Shown: piece after piece, positions 35,706 to 47,630 of the stretch | How positions within the stretch are numbered: the first letter of the stretch is position 1 | Layout of the letters: each line of letters opens with the position of its first letter | Source: Cyanophora paradoxa CCMP329 | Lineage: Eukaryota; Plantae; Glaucophyta | Assembly: GCA_004431415.1 (NCBI GenBank) | Contig: QPMI01000010.1 | Location: 496,001-560,000, forward strand | Reading direction: 5' to 3' | DNA length: 64,000 bases | Made by a program: the position numbers and the translations under genes | The notes under the pieces: generated by a model | What the model was told of the DNA's origin: nothing | The model's database searches: none | What the model saw: only the letters and a program-made list of their open reading frames with translations

Positions 35706-36045
35706 GTCTCTTGGTCAGACTACTTCTGTCCCAGGTCTTTGGAATCTTAATATAAATTTTCCCGGGACCCGGGACAGGGCTTGGTCGGACTCACCGTAGC
35801 TTGGTGTAGCTCAGGCCCAGGCCGGGTAGGCGAGTCTGTAATGAATCAGACCGCGCAGGATTTGGTTGGGCTGCTCGGTGCAGGGGGGCGGGAAGGCGAG
35901 GCCGCGGAGGGCCATAGAGACGTAGCGGAAGGGGTGGGGGAGGCGGCCCCTGTTATCCCACATGGCGTCCACTATGGCGTTGTGGACCATTTGCTCGGAG
36001 AGGGCCGGAGGGCGGGCGGGCCTGCGCTCACCGTCTCAGTGTCGT

Positions 36046-38821
36046 TCAGTGGCCCGGGAAGTCGTCCTCGGGGCTGAGTACCGGCGGCATGTCATCGTAC
36101 GGCGAGTTGGCGACGGCCGAGGCCTGCGACGGCGGCGGCGAGCCCGGGGCGGCCGAGCCCTGCGTGGCGAGGGCCGCCGAGCGCGCCGAGGCGAGCGAGG
36201 CCTGCGAGGGTGCCGGCTCCAGCTCCATGTCGAAGACGCCGCCCTCCACGGCGACGGCGGCGGGGACGACGGGCGGCGAGGCCGGGATCGCGCGGGCCTG
36301 CTGCGTGGCGGGGACCTGAGCCGAGAAGTTCTCGAGCCGCCACTCGCGGCAGCCCGGGCACTCACCTGGACGAGGGGCTCGCGGTTGGCGACGGGCGGCG
36401 TCGGCAGGGCCTGCGTGGGGGCGTCACTTACAGAAGCCGAAGGCGCCGGCCTTGTGGGGCGGGGCGTCGGGGTCGCGGGGAGTGCTATAGGCCTCCGAGC
36501 CCTCCGATTCAGAGTCACTCACCGGGCTGAGAGGGTGGGTGAGAAGAGGCCGAGGCGGGCCTTCTTGGCGGGCAGGAGGTGGAGCCGTTGAGGGCGCAAT
36601 CGGCGCGGTGGGCACACCTCTCTCCGTAGGTGGGCAGAGGGCCGGGGCCGAGGGCGCCGGAGCCAAGGACGCCGGAGCCGAGGACGCCGGGGCTGGAGGA
36701 GGCGGTGAGAGGGGCCGAGGAGGAGAGGAAGGGGAAGGGCGCGGGCACCGGCGCCTCGACGTCCCAGCCCGCCAGCTCGGGAGGCCGTGCTCGTCGAACG
36801 CCAGCGCGGGCCGCCCGCTGAAGCCGAACGGGGCGGGGGCGAGAGCGCGTTGTCCCCGACGCCCCAGACGGCGCTGAACGCCGCATCGTCCCAGCGCGCC
36901 TCCGCCTCCGCCTGGCCCTCGTCCCTTGCCTCGTCCACCTCCTTGGCGGAGAGCGACCCGATCTTGATGATGGAGGCCTGGATCAGCACAAACTCGCGCT
37001 GGAAGAATTGGACGAGCGGGATGGTAACTGCGGGAGAGGGGGTGAGCGGGGAGAGCGCGGGGCGCAGGCCAAGGGCGGGGGCGCAGGCTAAGGGCGGGGC
37101 GGACGCACATTCGATGCCGTAGGCCACCTCCTTGATGTAGCGGCCCCGGCGGCCGATCTCCTTGGCCAGCATGCTGCACTCCTTGCGCGCCGGGTGGCCG
37201 TGGCCCCACTCCATGGCGATCATCGCCTTCGCCAGACGGACGCCCTCGATGTGCCACTCGTCCATTAGCGCCTCCAGATTGGCGCAGATGCGCATCCAGA
37301 AGAAGACGCGCTTGAGCTTGTCGCGGTCGAATTCGGCGTCGCCGCTCTTGCTGCCCCAGTCGCGCAGGTCCGTCTCCTCCGCCTTCTTCACCTTCTCGTA
37401 CCAGCACTTGATCTTCTCCGCCTGGCGCTGGAACTCGTCCGCCCGCGCCGTGAGAACGTCCGACTCCTCCTGCGCTCCGAGGGCCCGGGTCAGGGAGGAG
37501 AGGCGGGCTAAGCGGGGCGGCGGCGGACCGTGTGCGAGAGCTCGCCGACGATCACGGAGATGGCCGCCGAGAGGATCTCACGGGCGCGGGCCGGCCCGTT
37601 TGGGTGGCCCTCGCGCAGAACCTCCTCCAGCTTCAGCACGGCCGCCCGCGCGAGATCGCGGTGGCGCTGGCGGGTCTCGTCGCTCCGGCCCTGATCCACG
37701 AGAAGCTGGAGCTGGGGCCGCATGCCGGAGTCGCAGACGCTGGCGTACTTCCGAAGGGCCGCGCAGGAGAGCACCTTCTGCACGCTGACCAGCCAGTACG
37801 CGTAGCCCAGCGGGCTCTCCGCGCTCGGGTTCTCTCCGACCTGCGGACGCGACCTTAGCGCGCGCAGGGGCAGGGGAAAGGGGAAAGGGCGGGCTCTCGC
37901 GCACGTAAATGTCATCGGCGCAGGAGAGGAACATGTGATCAACGACGTCGAAGAAGCCGCCGGACGGGAGCGTGCCGACGCCGTGGTACGCGCCGTTGGT
38001 GGTCTCGCCGGCGCAGATGCCGGCCTGGACGGTGACGGTGTACTGCGAGGCCGGCGGCCCCTCCTTCACGTAGACGAAGTTGAGGTCGTACTTCTTGGCG
38101 TACGTCGGGTTGATGCGCTTGGTGACGATGACGTAATCGCACCGAACGCCGAGCCGGACGGGCTGGCCTTCTCCTTCTCCGTCACCGACGCCAGGCACTG
38201 ATCCCGCGCGATCAAGAGCTGCGGCGGCCCGCGCGTGAGCAAGCGCGGGCACGCGAGCGCAGGGAAGGGCCCTCACCCCGTGGGCGCCGCCGCTGCCGGA
38301 TTTGAGGTCCGCGAGGAACTCCTTCTGCTCCGGAGTGCCGGAGAAGATCGCGCGCGGATGGAAATCGCGATGGAGCGCGATGCTGTTGAAGCAGCCCGCC
38401 GCCGCATTGTCGGACATCAGCAACAGCGCCACATCGCCGTGCGTGAAGCCGTACTTCGCCTTCACATACTCCGGCAGCTCGTGAATGCTGTGAGGCACGA
38501 TCTGCGCGCGGGGCACGCGAGCCGGGGCATGTGAGCCGGGGCCGAAGCGGTGCGGGCGAAACCGCGAACCTCGTTGAACTTATTAACCGGCGTGAACTGG
38601 CCCTTGGTCTTCAAGCGCTTCGGGTGGCCGTCCGTGTTCTGGATCTTCTTCAGCCCGCCGAACGGCTCGAAGCGCGGCACGCCGGCCGAGTTGAACACGC
38701 TATCGTAGGTCATCGCGTTGAGCGCCTCCTCCGCCGATAGGCTGCCGAGATCGCGGGCTATGCTGTCCTGCTCGCCGGGCTGCTGCTGCTTCGCGCAGGA
38801 GCGGAAGGTCGCCGCCTGCAT
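36046..38821 (-). CDS. large intron-containing protein of unknown function inside the viral element
   Basis: Exons MQAATFRSC...VNKFNE | IVPHSIHELPEY... | ...FLSCADDIY | VGENPSAES... | EESDVLTAR...EVAYGIE | ... ending DDFPGH*; GT-AG introns of about 55-65 nt; strong GC3 codon bias. Confidence 0.7.
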
Positions 38822-39150
38822 GGTGCGGCTGACGGGTTCAAGGAACTACGTGCGCAGCTGTTAGTGCCCGCGGGGTTCACAACAACGTCTCAACGGATTC
38901 CGTTCACGGTTTATTCCCCCGTTGACTTCTTCCCCCCCCTAACTCGCGAAGACTCAGACTTGAAGCGCGCTTCTCCCCCCGTCCGCGTCGCGTACCCCCC
39001 CAGGCTGCAACCCCCCATCGGTTTCTCGCTTTTTCTCCCTGGCGATGCAATGCAAGCCGCTCGTTCAAACCAGCTGGAAACTTGGCGCCAAAGCCTTCGC
39101 AGCCCGCGCGCAGCACTCGCAGCAGCGGCGGCGGCAGCAGCGGCGGCAGC

Positions 39151-40824
39151 ATGTCTCGGCTCGCGCTCCCTCCGGAGATCCCGGCTAAGCTGGCGAGGAA
39201 CACGCTGTACGACGTTCTCTGCGTCGGCGACAGCTTCTGCATCGATTGGACGGTTTTCGAGGCCGGCATCAGCGACCAGGCGAAGGAGGCGCAGGCCCGG
39301 GCGCTGGAGGATGGCATGCAGTTCAGCCCGAACAGCAAGGATGTGCTGCGCAAGACCGAGCTGGCCGAGCGCAAGCGCAAGCTGGCCGCGGCGCAGACTT
39401 TGAACGCCGAGGGTGCCCCCGGCCCGTCGGTGCAGTTCTCCATCGACTCCGTCCTGTCGCGGCTGCGGCTCGCGGAGGTGCTCGCTGCCTCTTTCTCTCT
39501 GCGCTCGCAGCGGCTGAGGCGCCACGGCGCATCGCAGGACGCGGACGTGCGGGCGATGCACGCGGCGCTGAACATGACGGAGGAGAACTTCGACACGCCG
39601 AGCAAGCCGAAGCCCGGGCGCGATGCCGACGCCCGCCGGCTGTTCGCGGCGCAGCGCCTGCGGCTGCTCATGGGCGCCGTGCCCCGGCACATCGCCAAGG
39701 GCGAGTGGCGCACGATTGGCCTGCTGACGGGCCCGGAGGAGTTCTACTTCAACCGCATGGCGGAGGCGGCCGGGCACCTGCTCTGGCTGCTGGTGCTCAG
39801 CTCCGACCCGGCCTACAAGCCCGAGGTGCGCCCCAGCCGCCCGTGCAGCCGCGGCCGCCCCTCCCCGCCGACCCCCGCCGGCCCGCAGATGCTGGCGAAG
39901 GGCATCATGGGCATCGAGGTGCGCTGCATCAAGCAGAACAGCCGCGACTTCATCACGCGCCACGAGAGCTCGGCGGTCTGGGGCGAGCGGCCGGACACCG
40001 GCGTCCTCACCGACGCCTACGCCATCCGCATCGTGCTGGAGGCGGCCTGCCGGACGTGCCGGGACCGCCACGGGCGCCAGGGCATCTGCGCCTTCGACCT
40101 GGTTCCGGAGTTCGAGGTGCCCGGCGTCACCATCGGCGACCGCGTGCAGGTGCGCCGTTTCTATTTGGATGCTATTTAGATGCTATTTAGACTATTTAGA
40201 TGCCATTTAAACCCCCTCGCAGGTCATCCGGCGGTGCTCGATGCCGGACTCGCACGGGCGCCCCATGATCCACGGCGCCGTGAAGTACGTGGTGCCGCGG
40301 CGCACCCTCGCCCTCGCCTTCTTCGTCCCCGTCTTCGACAAGGCGGCCGCCGCCGCCGCCGCCGCCGCCTCCCGCCCCGCCCCATGCTCGCGGCCACGGA
40401 GTCCTCGGATTCCGGCTCGGATTCCGAGGAGGAGCGCGACGCCGAGGCCGCCGCCGCGGCCCGGGCGCTGGACTTCACGGAGGAGGAGCTCGAGCGGGCG
40501 CGGAGCCTGCCGCGCGCCGGCCGGGAGATGACCGCCGTCTTCAAGGCGGCGATCGGCGAGGCGACGGCCTCCGCCTCCGGCGACGGGGCCGGAGTTAGCA
40601 AGATCACGGCGGAGGGCCTCGCGCGCGCCATGCGCGTGGCCCAGGCCCAGGCCCAGGCGAAGGGCAAGGGCAAGGGCAAGGTCGCCTACATCAACCTCAA
40701 GTTCGAGAAGGAGGACGTGCCCGCCCGGCGGCGCGGCGCGATCTCGGCGAGCAGATGGAGGCGGCGGCCCCAAGGCGGCCGGCCCCGAGCCGGCCGGTGC
40801 GCCCTCCCCACCCCAAAATTCTGA
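39151..40824 (+). CDS. intron-containing protein of unknown function inside the viral element (possible frameshift near 40350-40385)
   Basis: Long ORF MSRLALPPEIP...; introns at ~39826-39888 and ~40150-40222; CRTCRDRH motif; acidic/Ala-rich tail in another frame. Confidence 0.6.
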
Positions 40825-40852
40825 GCCTAGGGCGTTCCGGCGCCGCAAAGGA

Positions 40853-43800
40853 ATGACCCTGCCCACAGAGGAGGAGCTGGAGGCCGAGCGCGAGATGGAG
40901 GAGGAGGCCGCGCTGGCGGCGGCGGCGGACGCGAAGGCGGCGCGCGAGCTGGAGGTGGCGGAGGAGTACGCGATGGAGCTGGAGCGCGAGCGCGAGCGCG
41001 AGGGCGAGGCCGACGCCGAGCTGGCGGCGGCGGCGGAGGCGGCGGACACCTTCGTCCCCGGGCCCCCCATCGACGAGTTCTACCCCCTCCCGCCCTCCCC
41101 CTCCCTCGAGGGCGCCCCGCCGCCGCGCTTTGAGGAGTTCTCGGACGACGAGCCCGGCGACGCCGGCCCCAGGCCGCCCCTCGCCTCGCCCCGCCGCCCG
41201 CCCGCCCCCGTGCCCCCCGCCAGCCCCGCCGCCTCCGACGTCTCCTGGCGCCCGAGCGGCAACCTCTCGGCGTTCAGGGACTTCAGCCCGGTGCGCCTCT
41301 CGCAGCTCCCGCCGCCGGCCACCCCCTCGGTCGCCGGCACGCCCCGCGCCCGCATGCCCCCTCCGCCCCCTCCGGCCCCTCCGGCCCCTCCGGCCCTCCG
41401 GCCCCTCCGGCCCCTCCGGCCGCCCGCGCCGCCCGCGCCGCGCCCCGCTCCCGCCGGGCCCAGCAGCGCAAGGAGCGCGAGCGGCAGGAGCGGCAGCGGC
41501 GGCGGCGGGAGGCGGGGGCGGAGGAGGACTACGACGAGGGCCTGGAGACGGCGAGCGACGACGAGCCGCCGCGCGCGAACAAGCTGGAGCTGGCGCGGGC
41601 GGAGCTGGCGGCGACGGTCATCCCGGCGCCGGAGATCGACACGCGCCGGTACGAACGAGTGACGATGCACAAGGACGAGAACGCCGCGCGCAAGAAGGCC
41701 GCCATCCAGGACTCGCTGCGCGTCTGGGTCCCTGCGTCGGTGCGCCCCTTTGACTGCGCGCCCGCCCCCTTAGAGGCCGGAGGCGGCCGTGGCCCAGCTG
41801 CTTAAGGCGCTGGCCGCCTCCGGCCGGTGCGCCCCCCTCCCCTCGATCGAGCCCCGCTAACGCCCTTTTTGCCTGCGCCCCGCAGGGAATCGTGCGCCGG
41901 AAGCCGATATCCCGGAAGGATGACCCCGTCTTCATGCAGAAGCTGCCGGGCTGCTTCGTCTACGAGAAGGTCACCGCGACGGAGTTCGACGGCGACGGGT
42001 CGATGGACGAGGTCATCTCGAAGCTGGCGATGGCCTTCCACGCTACGTACGGCGACAGGCCCGAGTCGTTCGAGTTCACCTTCTCCAAGGAGGTGCTCAC
42101 GGGGGAGACCCGCCGATTCGTGGAGAAGTCCCTCCTGCTCCAAAACGTCTGCCCCGAGCTGCCCGTCATCCCGGGCCATCCCTTCGCCTGCGACTCCCGT
42201 GCGCCCCGTACCCCCCCTCCCCGCCCCGTACCCCCCTGACGCCCTCCCTTGTGCAGATTTCGTGGTGCGGACGCCGCAGGACAAGAACGGCGACGCCTGC
42301 GTCCTCATCATGACGCACGAGGAGGCGGAGAAGCGGTACAAGGGCTACATGAACACCTGCTACATCCAGGGCCGCCTGCCGGCCGGCATCGAGGAGGCGG
42401 CGGCGAACGTCGACTTCCCGCGCGTCCTCTCCATGCTCATCGGCTACATGCCCAAGTGCGCCCAGCACCTGGCGGACAACGGCTACGTGACGCCGGACGA
42501 GCTCGGCTACGCGGCGGCCGTCCTCTACGCCTTCAACACCGTCGGGCCGTGGCACTTCTGCGACAAGGAGGTCTTCGACAAGGCGCCGCGCGCGGAGTTC
42601 GAGTCGCCGGCGGAGGGCTCCCAGCTGCAGTACTGCGGCATCATCAAGGGCCAGTCTGGCACCGGTGCGCCCCCTTCCTTTCCTTTCCTTTTCCTTTTCT
42701 CTCTGACGCCGCGGCCGCGCGCGCAGGCAAGTCGACGGTGACGGCGATCATGGGCGAGAGCATGGCGACCGGCCAGGTCTGCGTCTACCGCCCCTGCAGG
42801 GGCTCGGCCTTCTCGGAGCACGGCGGCGAGGAGGCGCTCTGCATGGTCATGGCGGAGGGCCTCGACCTGAAGGCCTGCACGGAGGAGGAGCTCAAGATGC
42901 GCTCGGGCGACGCCTACGCTCGCAACTTCAAGTTCGCGAAGGGCAACGACAAGCGCTGCAAGCCCCTGCGCAAGACGCTCGTGATCGTCTGCAACGGCTT
43001 CCCGCAGGTTCGCCCCCTCCCTTTCTTTCCTTTTCCTTTCCTTTCCTTTCTCACCCCTCCCGCGCGCAGCTGGAGAACCGCATGCTGGAGTTCTTCTCGC
43101 GCTTTGTCCTCATCACGCTCGACCACAAGCCGCTCAAGAAGCGCACCCACCTCCAGGCCGACATCCGCGAGAACGAGCTGCCGGCGCTGAACGTGGTGGC
43201 CTACACCTACGCCTGGAAGATCATCCACGCGCTCTCCGACGGCGAGGCGACGTGCATCCAGGCCTTCGAGCCGGTGTGGCTGCGGGAGAAGCGCCTCGCC
43301 TTCTGGCAGGAGACGGCCTCCTGCTCCCTCACCCGCTTCATCATCACCCACTGCGTCGTCGACCCCACCACCTTCCTCGTCGGCTCGGCGACGGAGGGCG
43401 GCATGACGAGCGTGGCGGGCATCTGCGCGTACATCTCGCGCACCGAGGGCCCGGACGCCTCCGCCGCCCTCGCCGCCGACATCGAGAACGGCGCGCTGGA
43501 CGAGACCATCGCCGCCTTCGGCCCCAAGTGCCGCCTCTTCTCCTACAAGGCCGGCGGCGTCTGGGAGACCTACATCCGCGGCATCGTCCCCAAGGCCCCG
43601 CTCTCCCTCGGCCCGACGCAGCCGGCCCTGCAGGCCATCCGCTTCACCCTGCCGGCGGACCCGGAGAACGGCCCCTTCCCCGTCACGGCCTCGAACAGGG
43701 GCAAGGGCAAGCGCGCCCGCAACTCGGCCCCCGGCTTCGTCCCGCCCCCGCCCCCGTCGTTCGCCCCCGCCGCCCAGCAGCACGCCGGCCAGCAGCGCAT

Positions 43801-44507
43801 CGACGAGATGCTGCTGCGCCAGGTCCGGCCCCGCACCCGCGCCCTCCCCGTACCCCCCTTTCCCCCGCCCCCCTCCTGACCCTCGGGCCAGGGCGAGGGC
43901 GCCTCCCCGCGGGCAGCTTCCGCAGCAGCCCCGTGGACGGCGGCGCCGGCCCCAGCGGCTACGGCAGCTCGGGCTCGCGCTCGGCCTCGGGCTCGCGCGC
44001 GCGCTCGGCCTCGGCCGCCCCTCCAGCAGCGCCGGCCCCAGCCCCGTCCCCTTCTCCCTCGCCGACCGCAGCCCCGTCCCCGCCGCCTTCGCCGCGCCCG
44101 TCCCCGGCCCCGGCGCCGTCCTCTCCGCGATCCAGGGCTTCGGGGCCCAGCAGGAGGCCGAGCGGCAGGCGCTGGCGGCGCGCCAGGCGCGCGAGGCGGA
44201 GGCGCGGCGCCAGGGCCTCTGGGCCCAGCGCCTCCAGCGCACCCTCGCCTTCCGCGCCGAGCTGGAGGCGGGCTTCCGCGCCGGCCAGATCTCCGGCGCG
44301 GAGGCCTCGGAGACTTGGCGGGCGTTCGAGGCGGAGACGGCGGGGCTGGCGAAGACCCTCGCCCAGCCCTACCGGCGCGTGGCCGTCCCGCAGTCCTACG
44401 CGCGGCGGGCGACGCTGGAGGCCTCGCGCGCGGAGATCGACGCGGCGGAGGACGTGGTGGCGGCGACGGAGGCCCACGCCCAGACCTTCCGCCACCTCCA
44501 CCACTGA
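40853..44507 (+). CDS. superfamily 3 (D5-like) helicase with low-complexity N- and C-terminal extensions, intron-containing
   Basis: After splicing: Walker A IIKGQSGTGKSTV, Walker B LCMVMAE, motif C TLVIVCN, Arg finger FFSRFVLI; introns 42199-42256, 42665-42726, 43008-43069, ~43823-43890 and one or more near 41720-41885. Confidence 0.85.
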
Positions 44508-44556
44508 GCTCTCCGAGGCGGTATTTTTTCTCAACCCCTTCCAATTCGGTCCCGCG

Positions 44557-44748
44557 ATGGCCCTCGCTGACAGCTATCCCCCGCATTACTCGCTAGGAGC
44601 CCTCGCCGCGACCCTCACCTGGCTCCTCGGCGGCACGCCCACCGCCTCGGCCGTCATCGGCGTGGGCTTCGGCTACGCCGCCAAGACCCTCTACGCCCCC
44701 GGCTCCTACTCGCAGGCGACGGCCGGCATGCGCCCCGCCGGGCGTTAA
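44557..44748 (+). CDS. small hydrophobic viral protein (63 aa)
   Basis: MALADSYPPHYSLGALAATLTWLLGG..; upstream TATTTTTTCTC motif. Confidence 0.55.
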   Translation: MALADSYPPHYSLGALAATLTWLLGGTPTASAVIGVGFGYAAKTLYAPGSYSQATAGMRPAGR

Positions 44749-44852
44749 CTCTCCCTTTTCAAACGTTCATTCCCCCCTTTCCCTTTTCCAAGTTGCTCAA
44801 GTCCGTCGACGTTCCCTTTTAAATTTTCTTCATTCACGTTACACGTCTGAAC

Positions 44853-45323
44853 ATGCCGAACGCCGTAGAGAAGCTGTTGTGTACGGTGTTCAAATCGGAC
44901 TCACGCTGCAGCAAGATCGGCGAGGCTGCCAAGGGGGGCGGGGCGGAGGGGCCTAGGATCAAGGCGGCGGACCCGGCGCCGCCCGCGCTGAAGTCGATTA
45001 GGGCGGCGGGCAAGGGAAGGGGCATCGGGGCGCTGTCCCTCGTGGCGATCGCCCCGGGCCAGCGCGAGGCGGCGCACGCGGCGAAGGCGGCGCTGGCCTC
45101 GCAGAGGCAGGCGGAGGCCTACCCGCGCCTGGGCGAGGGCCTGCACCCGCCCGGCGGCCGCGCGTACGACGTGAGCGCCTACTTCGACAACGCCAACGGG
45201 CTGAGCCGCCAGGAGATCTGGGCCTGGGAGGCGCGGCGCGCGGTCGACGGGCACCTGCCGCTGCTCGTGGCGGTGGGCGGCTCGCTCCTGATGGTCTGGT
45301 ACCTGCGCGGCCTCGTGATTTAG
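44853..45323 (+). CDS. viral protein with C-terminal transmembrane helix
   Basis: 156-aa ORF ending LPLLVAVGGSLLMVWYLRGLVI; upstream AAATTTTCTT. Confidence 0.7.
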   Translation: MPNAVEKLLCTVFKSDSRCSKIGEAAKGGGAEGPRIKAADPAPPALKSIRAAGKGRGIGALSLVAIAPGQREAAHAAKAALASQRQAEAYPRLGEGLHPPGGRAYDVSAYFDNANGLSRQEIWAWEARRAVDGHLPLLVAVGGSLLMVWYLRGLVI

Positions 45324-45349
45324 ATAGATTTTCGAAGCGCTAGCTAAAG

Positions 45350-45751
45350 ATGGGCTGGGTGGACGGCGTGCTGACCAAGGTCTTCGGCCCGAAGAGCGCG
45401 CAGCCGCCGCCAAGCTTCAACCTGGCCGCGGCGATCAGCACGACGATCGAGCGCAAGAACAACGAGCTCATCCTAAAGAACGACGGCAAGCTTCCCTGGG
45501 CCGACGTGGCCGCGGGAGCGCTGGGCAGCACGCTGACGGGAATCGATCGGACGGGCGCCGCGGGCGTGAAGGTCGGGCAGGCGGTTGCGGCCGTGCCGGA
45601 GCTTGCGATGAAGGGCTGGCACTACGCCAAGATCGCCGCCGGCGTCGCCGCGGTGCTCCTTGCAATCTGGCTCGCGTGGAAGCTGCGCGGCGCCTACCAG
45701 GGCGCGCGGCTGCAGAGCGCGCAGCTCGACTATTTTCTAAAGGCTAGGTAA
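45350..45751 (+). CDS. viral membrane protein
   Basis: 133 aa; TM segment IAAGVAAVLLAIWLAW; upstream AGATTTTCGA. Confidence 0.7.
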   Translation: MGWVDGVLTKVFGPKSAQPPPSFNLAAAISTTIERKNNELILKNDGKLPWADVAAGALGSTLTGIDRTGAAGVKVGQAVAAVPELAMKGWHYAKIAAGVAAVLLAIWLAWKLRGAYQGARLQSAQLDYFLKAR

Positions 45752-45763
45752 AGCGAGCGAACC

Positions 45764-46168
45764 ATGCCCCGCGGCGGCTCTTCCCCCCGTGTCTCCTTCG
45801 CTGAGAACGAAGTCGCCGCTACCCCCCTGGAGCCCGGCGTCAAGCTGGAGCGCGCGAACGCAGTCTCCATCAAGAAGGCCAAGCGTGCGCTGGTTCTAGA
45901 AGTCCCCAAGACCGCCTCGCAGTTCCTTCCCACGTCCGAGTACGACGGCACGGAGGATACGGAGAAGGTTGCATTCAACAAGCGCAAGACGTACAAGGCT
46001 ATACGCGAGGGCCAGCTGCTGCCCACGGACGCGGTTCCCGGGCTGCCGGGCACCACGGCCGGCGAGCTGCTCGTGCGCAACCTGCGCCTGCAGTACGTCT
46101 CCCGCCTCCGCCGCTCCAAGGCCAAGAAGGCGCGCCTGGACTCGGGCGATAGCAGCTCTAGCTCGTAG
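45764..46168 (+). CDS. viral basic hypothetical protein
   Basis: 134-aa ORF; upstream TATTTTCTAA. Confidence 0.65.
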   Translation: MPRGGSSPRVSFAENEVAATPLEPGVKLERANAVSIKKAKRALVLEVPKTASQFLPTSEYDGTEDTEKVAFNKRKTYKAIREGQLLPTDAVPGLPGTTAGELLVRNLRLQYVSRLRRSKAKKARLDSGDSSSSS

Positions 46169-46184
46169 GGCTCTGTACTCAATA

Positions 46185-46469
46185 CTACCAGTTCCTGTTC
46201 CTATCCCAGAGCACGACTCGGGTAAAGGGCACGGTCATAGCGAACATGAACTCGGCAAACTTGGCGAAGTTCATGAGGGTCCCTAGGCGCGGGTCCTCCC
46301 AGTAGATCGCTTCGCGCAGGGACTCGTAGATGCGCATGAGGGAGCGCTCGTTCTCCGTCGCGAAGGCGTCGGAGGGCTCGTCGGGATCCGGATCCGAGAG
46401 CTCCGAGTACTCGTCCGAGCTGCCCGCGCTCTCGACGCCTGCGGCCGGGTCGGGCGAGGGGTCAGCCAT
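46185..46469 (-). CDS. viral hypothetical protein with acidic N-terminus
   Basis: 94-aa ORF; upstream GATTTTCTAG. Confidence 0.65.
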   Translation of the reverse strand: MADPSPDPAAGVESAGSSDEYSELSDPDPDEPSDAFATENERSLMRIYESLREAIYWEDPRLGTLMNFAKFAEFMFAMTVPFTRVVLWDRNRNW

Positions 46470-46495
46470 TCTTTGCTGGTAGAAGGGCTAGAAAA

Positions 46496-46837
46496 TCACG
46501 GCCGCCGGTACTCCATCGAGTCGCCGCGCCAGTACTTGTTGCCGGAGGCGAGCAGCTTCATCGGCTCGCCCGTCGAGTCGTGCGTCCAGGCCTCGCCCGT
46601 CCAGACGGCCGTGCCGCCGTCCTCCAGCTTGAGGCGGTGGCCCGCCTCGAGCCGATCGCCGTTGAGCATGCGGCCGGCCATGAGCGCCAGGTCCCACTCG
46701 GTGAGGCCGCGCTGCTCTTCGGCGGTGAGGCCGCGCTCGACGCGCTCGGGCTGGCGCGCCTCGCGCTCCATGCGGCTGAGGCCCACTAGGAAGAAGATGG
46801 GCAGCGCAAAGGCCATGAGATCTAGCAGGGCCTCCAT
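46496..46837 (-). CDS. viral hypothetical protein with N-terminal TM/signal
   Basis: 113 aa, MEALLDLMAFALPIFFLVGL; upstream CTTTTCTAA. Confidence 0.65.
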   Translation of the reverse strand: MEALLDLMAFALPIFFLVGLSRMEREARQPERVERGLTAEEQRGLTEWDLALMAGRMLNGDRLEAGHRLKLEDGGTAVWTGEAWTHDSTGEPMKLLASGNKYWRGDSMEYRRP

Positions 46838-46858
46838 TGGGCAAGACTTAGGCGATGA

Positions 46859-47152
46859 TTAGAAAAGGTTCCGGGCCAGGCCCGAGAGCTGCGGGCCCAG
46901 GCGCCGGGCGGCGTAGTAGAGCGCGGCGGCCGCCGCTGCAAGGATCAGGAGGCGGGGCGGGCCGCGCGCGGGCTCCTCCAGGGTCAAGTCCACGGTCTCT
47001 GGCTCGCGCGCCGGCGTCGCCAGGATCTCGGGCTCGGAGCTGAGGGACTTGGGCCCGCGGCGGCGGCGCTGCTTGGGGGCCGAGGCGGCGGCGGCGGCGG
47101 AGAGAAGGTCCTCGGGCTCCTGCTTGATACCTGCGCAGTCAGTAAAGTCCAT
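46859..47152 (-). CDS. viral hypothetical protein with C-terminal hydrophobic helix
   Basis: 97-aa ORF; upstream AATTTTCCGA. Confidence 0.6.
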   Translation of the reverse strand: MDFTDCAGIKQEPEDLLSAAAAASAPKQRRRRGPKSLSSEPEILATPAREPETVDLTLEEPARGPPRLLILAAAAAALYYAARRLGPQLSGLARNLF

Positions 47153-47233
47153 GCTTGCTGGGTACCTCGGAAAATTGTGGGAGGTGCCCGGCGGCTGCGA
47201 ACGTAGGATGGGGGGAGAAGTGACGCGGACGCG

Positions 47234-47630
47234 AATACGTCATAGTCGAATACGTCATAGTCCAAAACCTGGACTCGGGACTTGGCCCGGGCCCTGGGGA
47301 GGGGGGTACATGTTATGTCCAAATGTCCAAATGTCCAAATGTCCAAATGTCCAAATGTCCAAATGTCCAAATGTCCAAATGTCCAAATGTCCAATTGAAA
47401 GGTTGCGGAGGTTGCGGACGCGTCACAAATACGTCATAGTCGAATACGTCATAGTCCAAAACCTGGACTCGGGACTTGGCCCGGGCCCTGGGGAGGGGGG
47501 TACATGTTATGTCCAAATGTCCAAATGTCCAAATGTCCAATTGAAAGGTTGCGGAGGTTGCGGACGCGTCACAAATACGTCATAGTCGAATACGTCATAG
47601 TCCAAAACCTGGACTTGGGACCTGGGCCCA
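47234..47630. repeat. compound direct repeat (units of 194 and 146 bp plus a partial third) with (ATGTCCAA)10 and (ATGTCCAA)4 arrays
   Basis: AATACGTCATAGTCGAATACGTCATAGTCCAAAACCTGGACT at 47234, 47428 and 47574; octamer arrays at 47315-47394 and 47509-47540. Confidence 0.95.

Noticed and set aside
46984-47585. ORFs with DIWTFGHL / MSKCPNVQ repeats
   Set aside because: Translations of the (ATGTCCAA)n array; no upstream motif or codon bias
47234-47630. CRISPR-like or telomere-like array
   Set aside because: Units repeat with no unique spacers, there are no cas genes, and the octamer array is internal and unlike known telomere repeats
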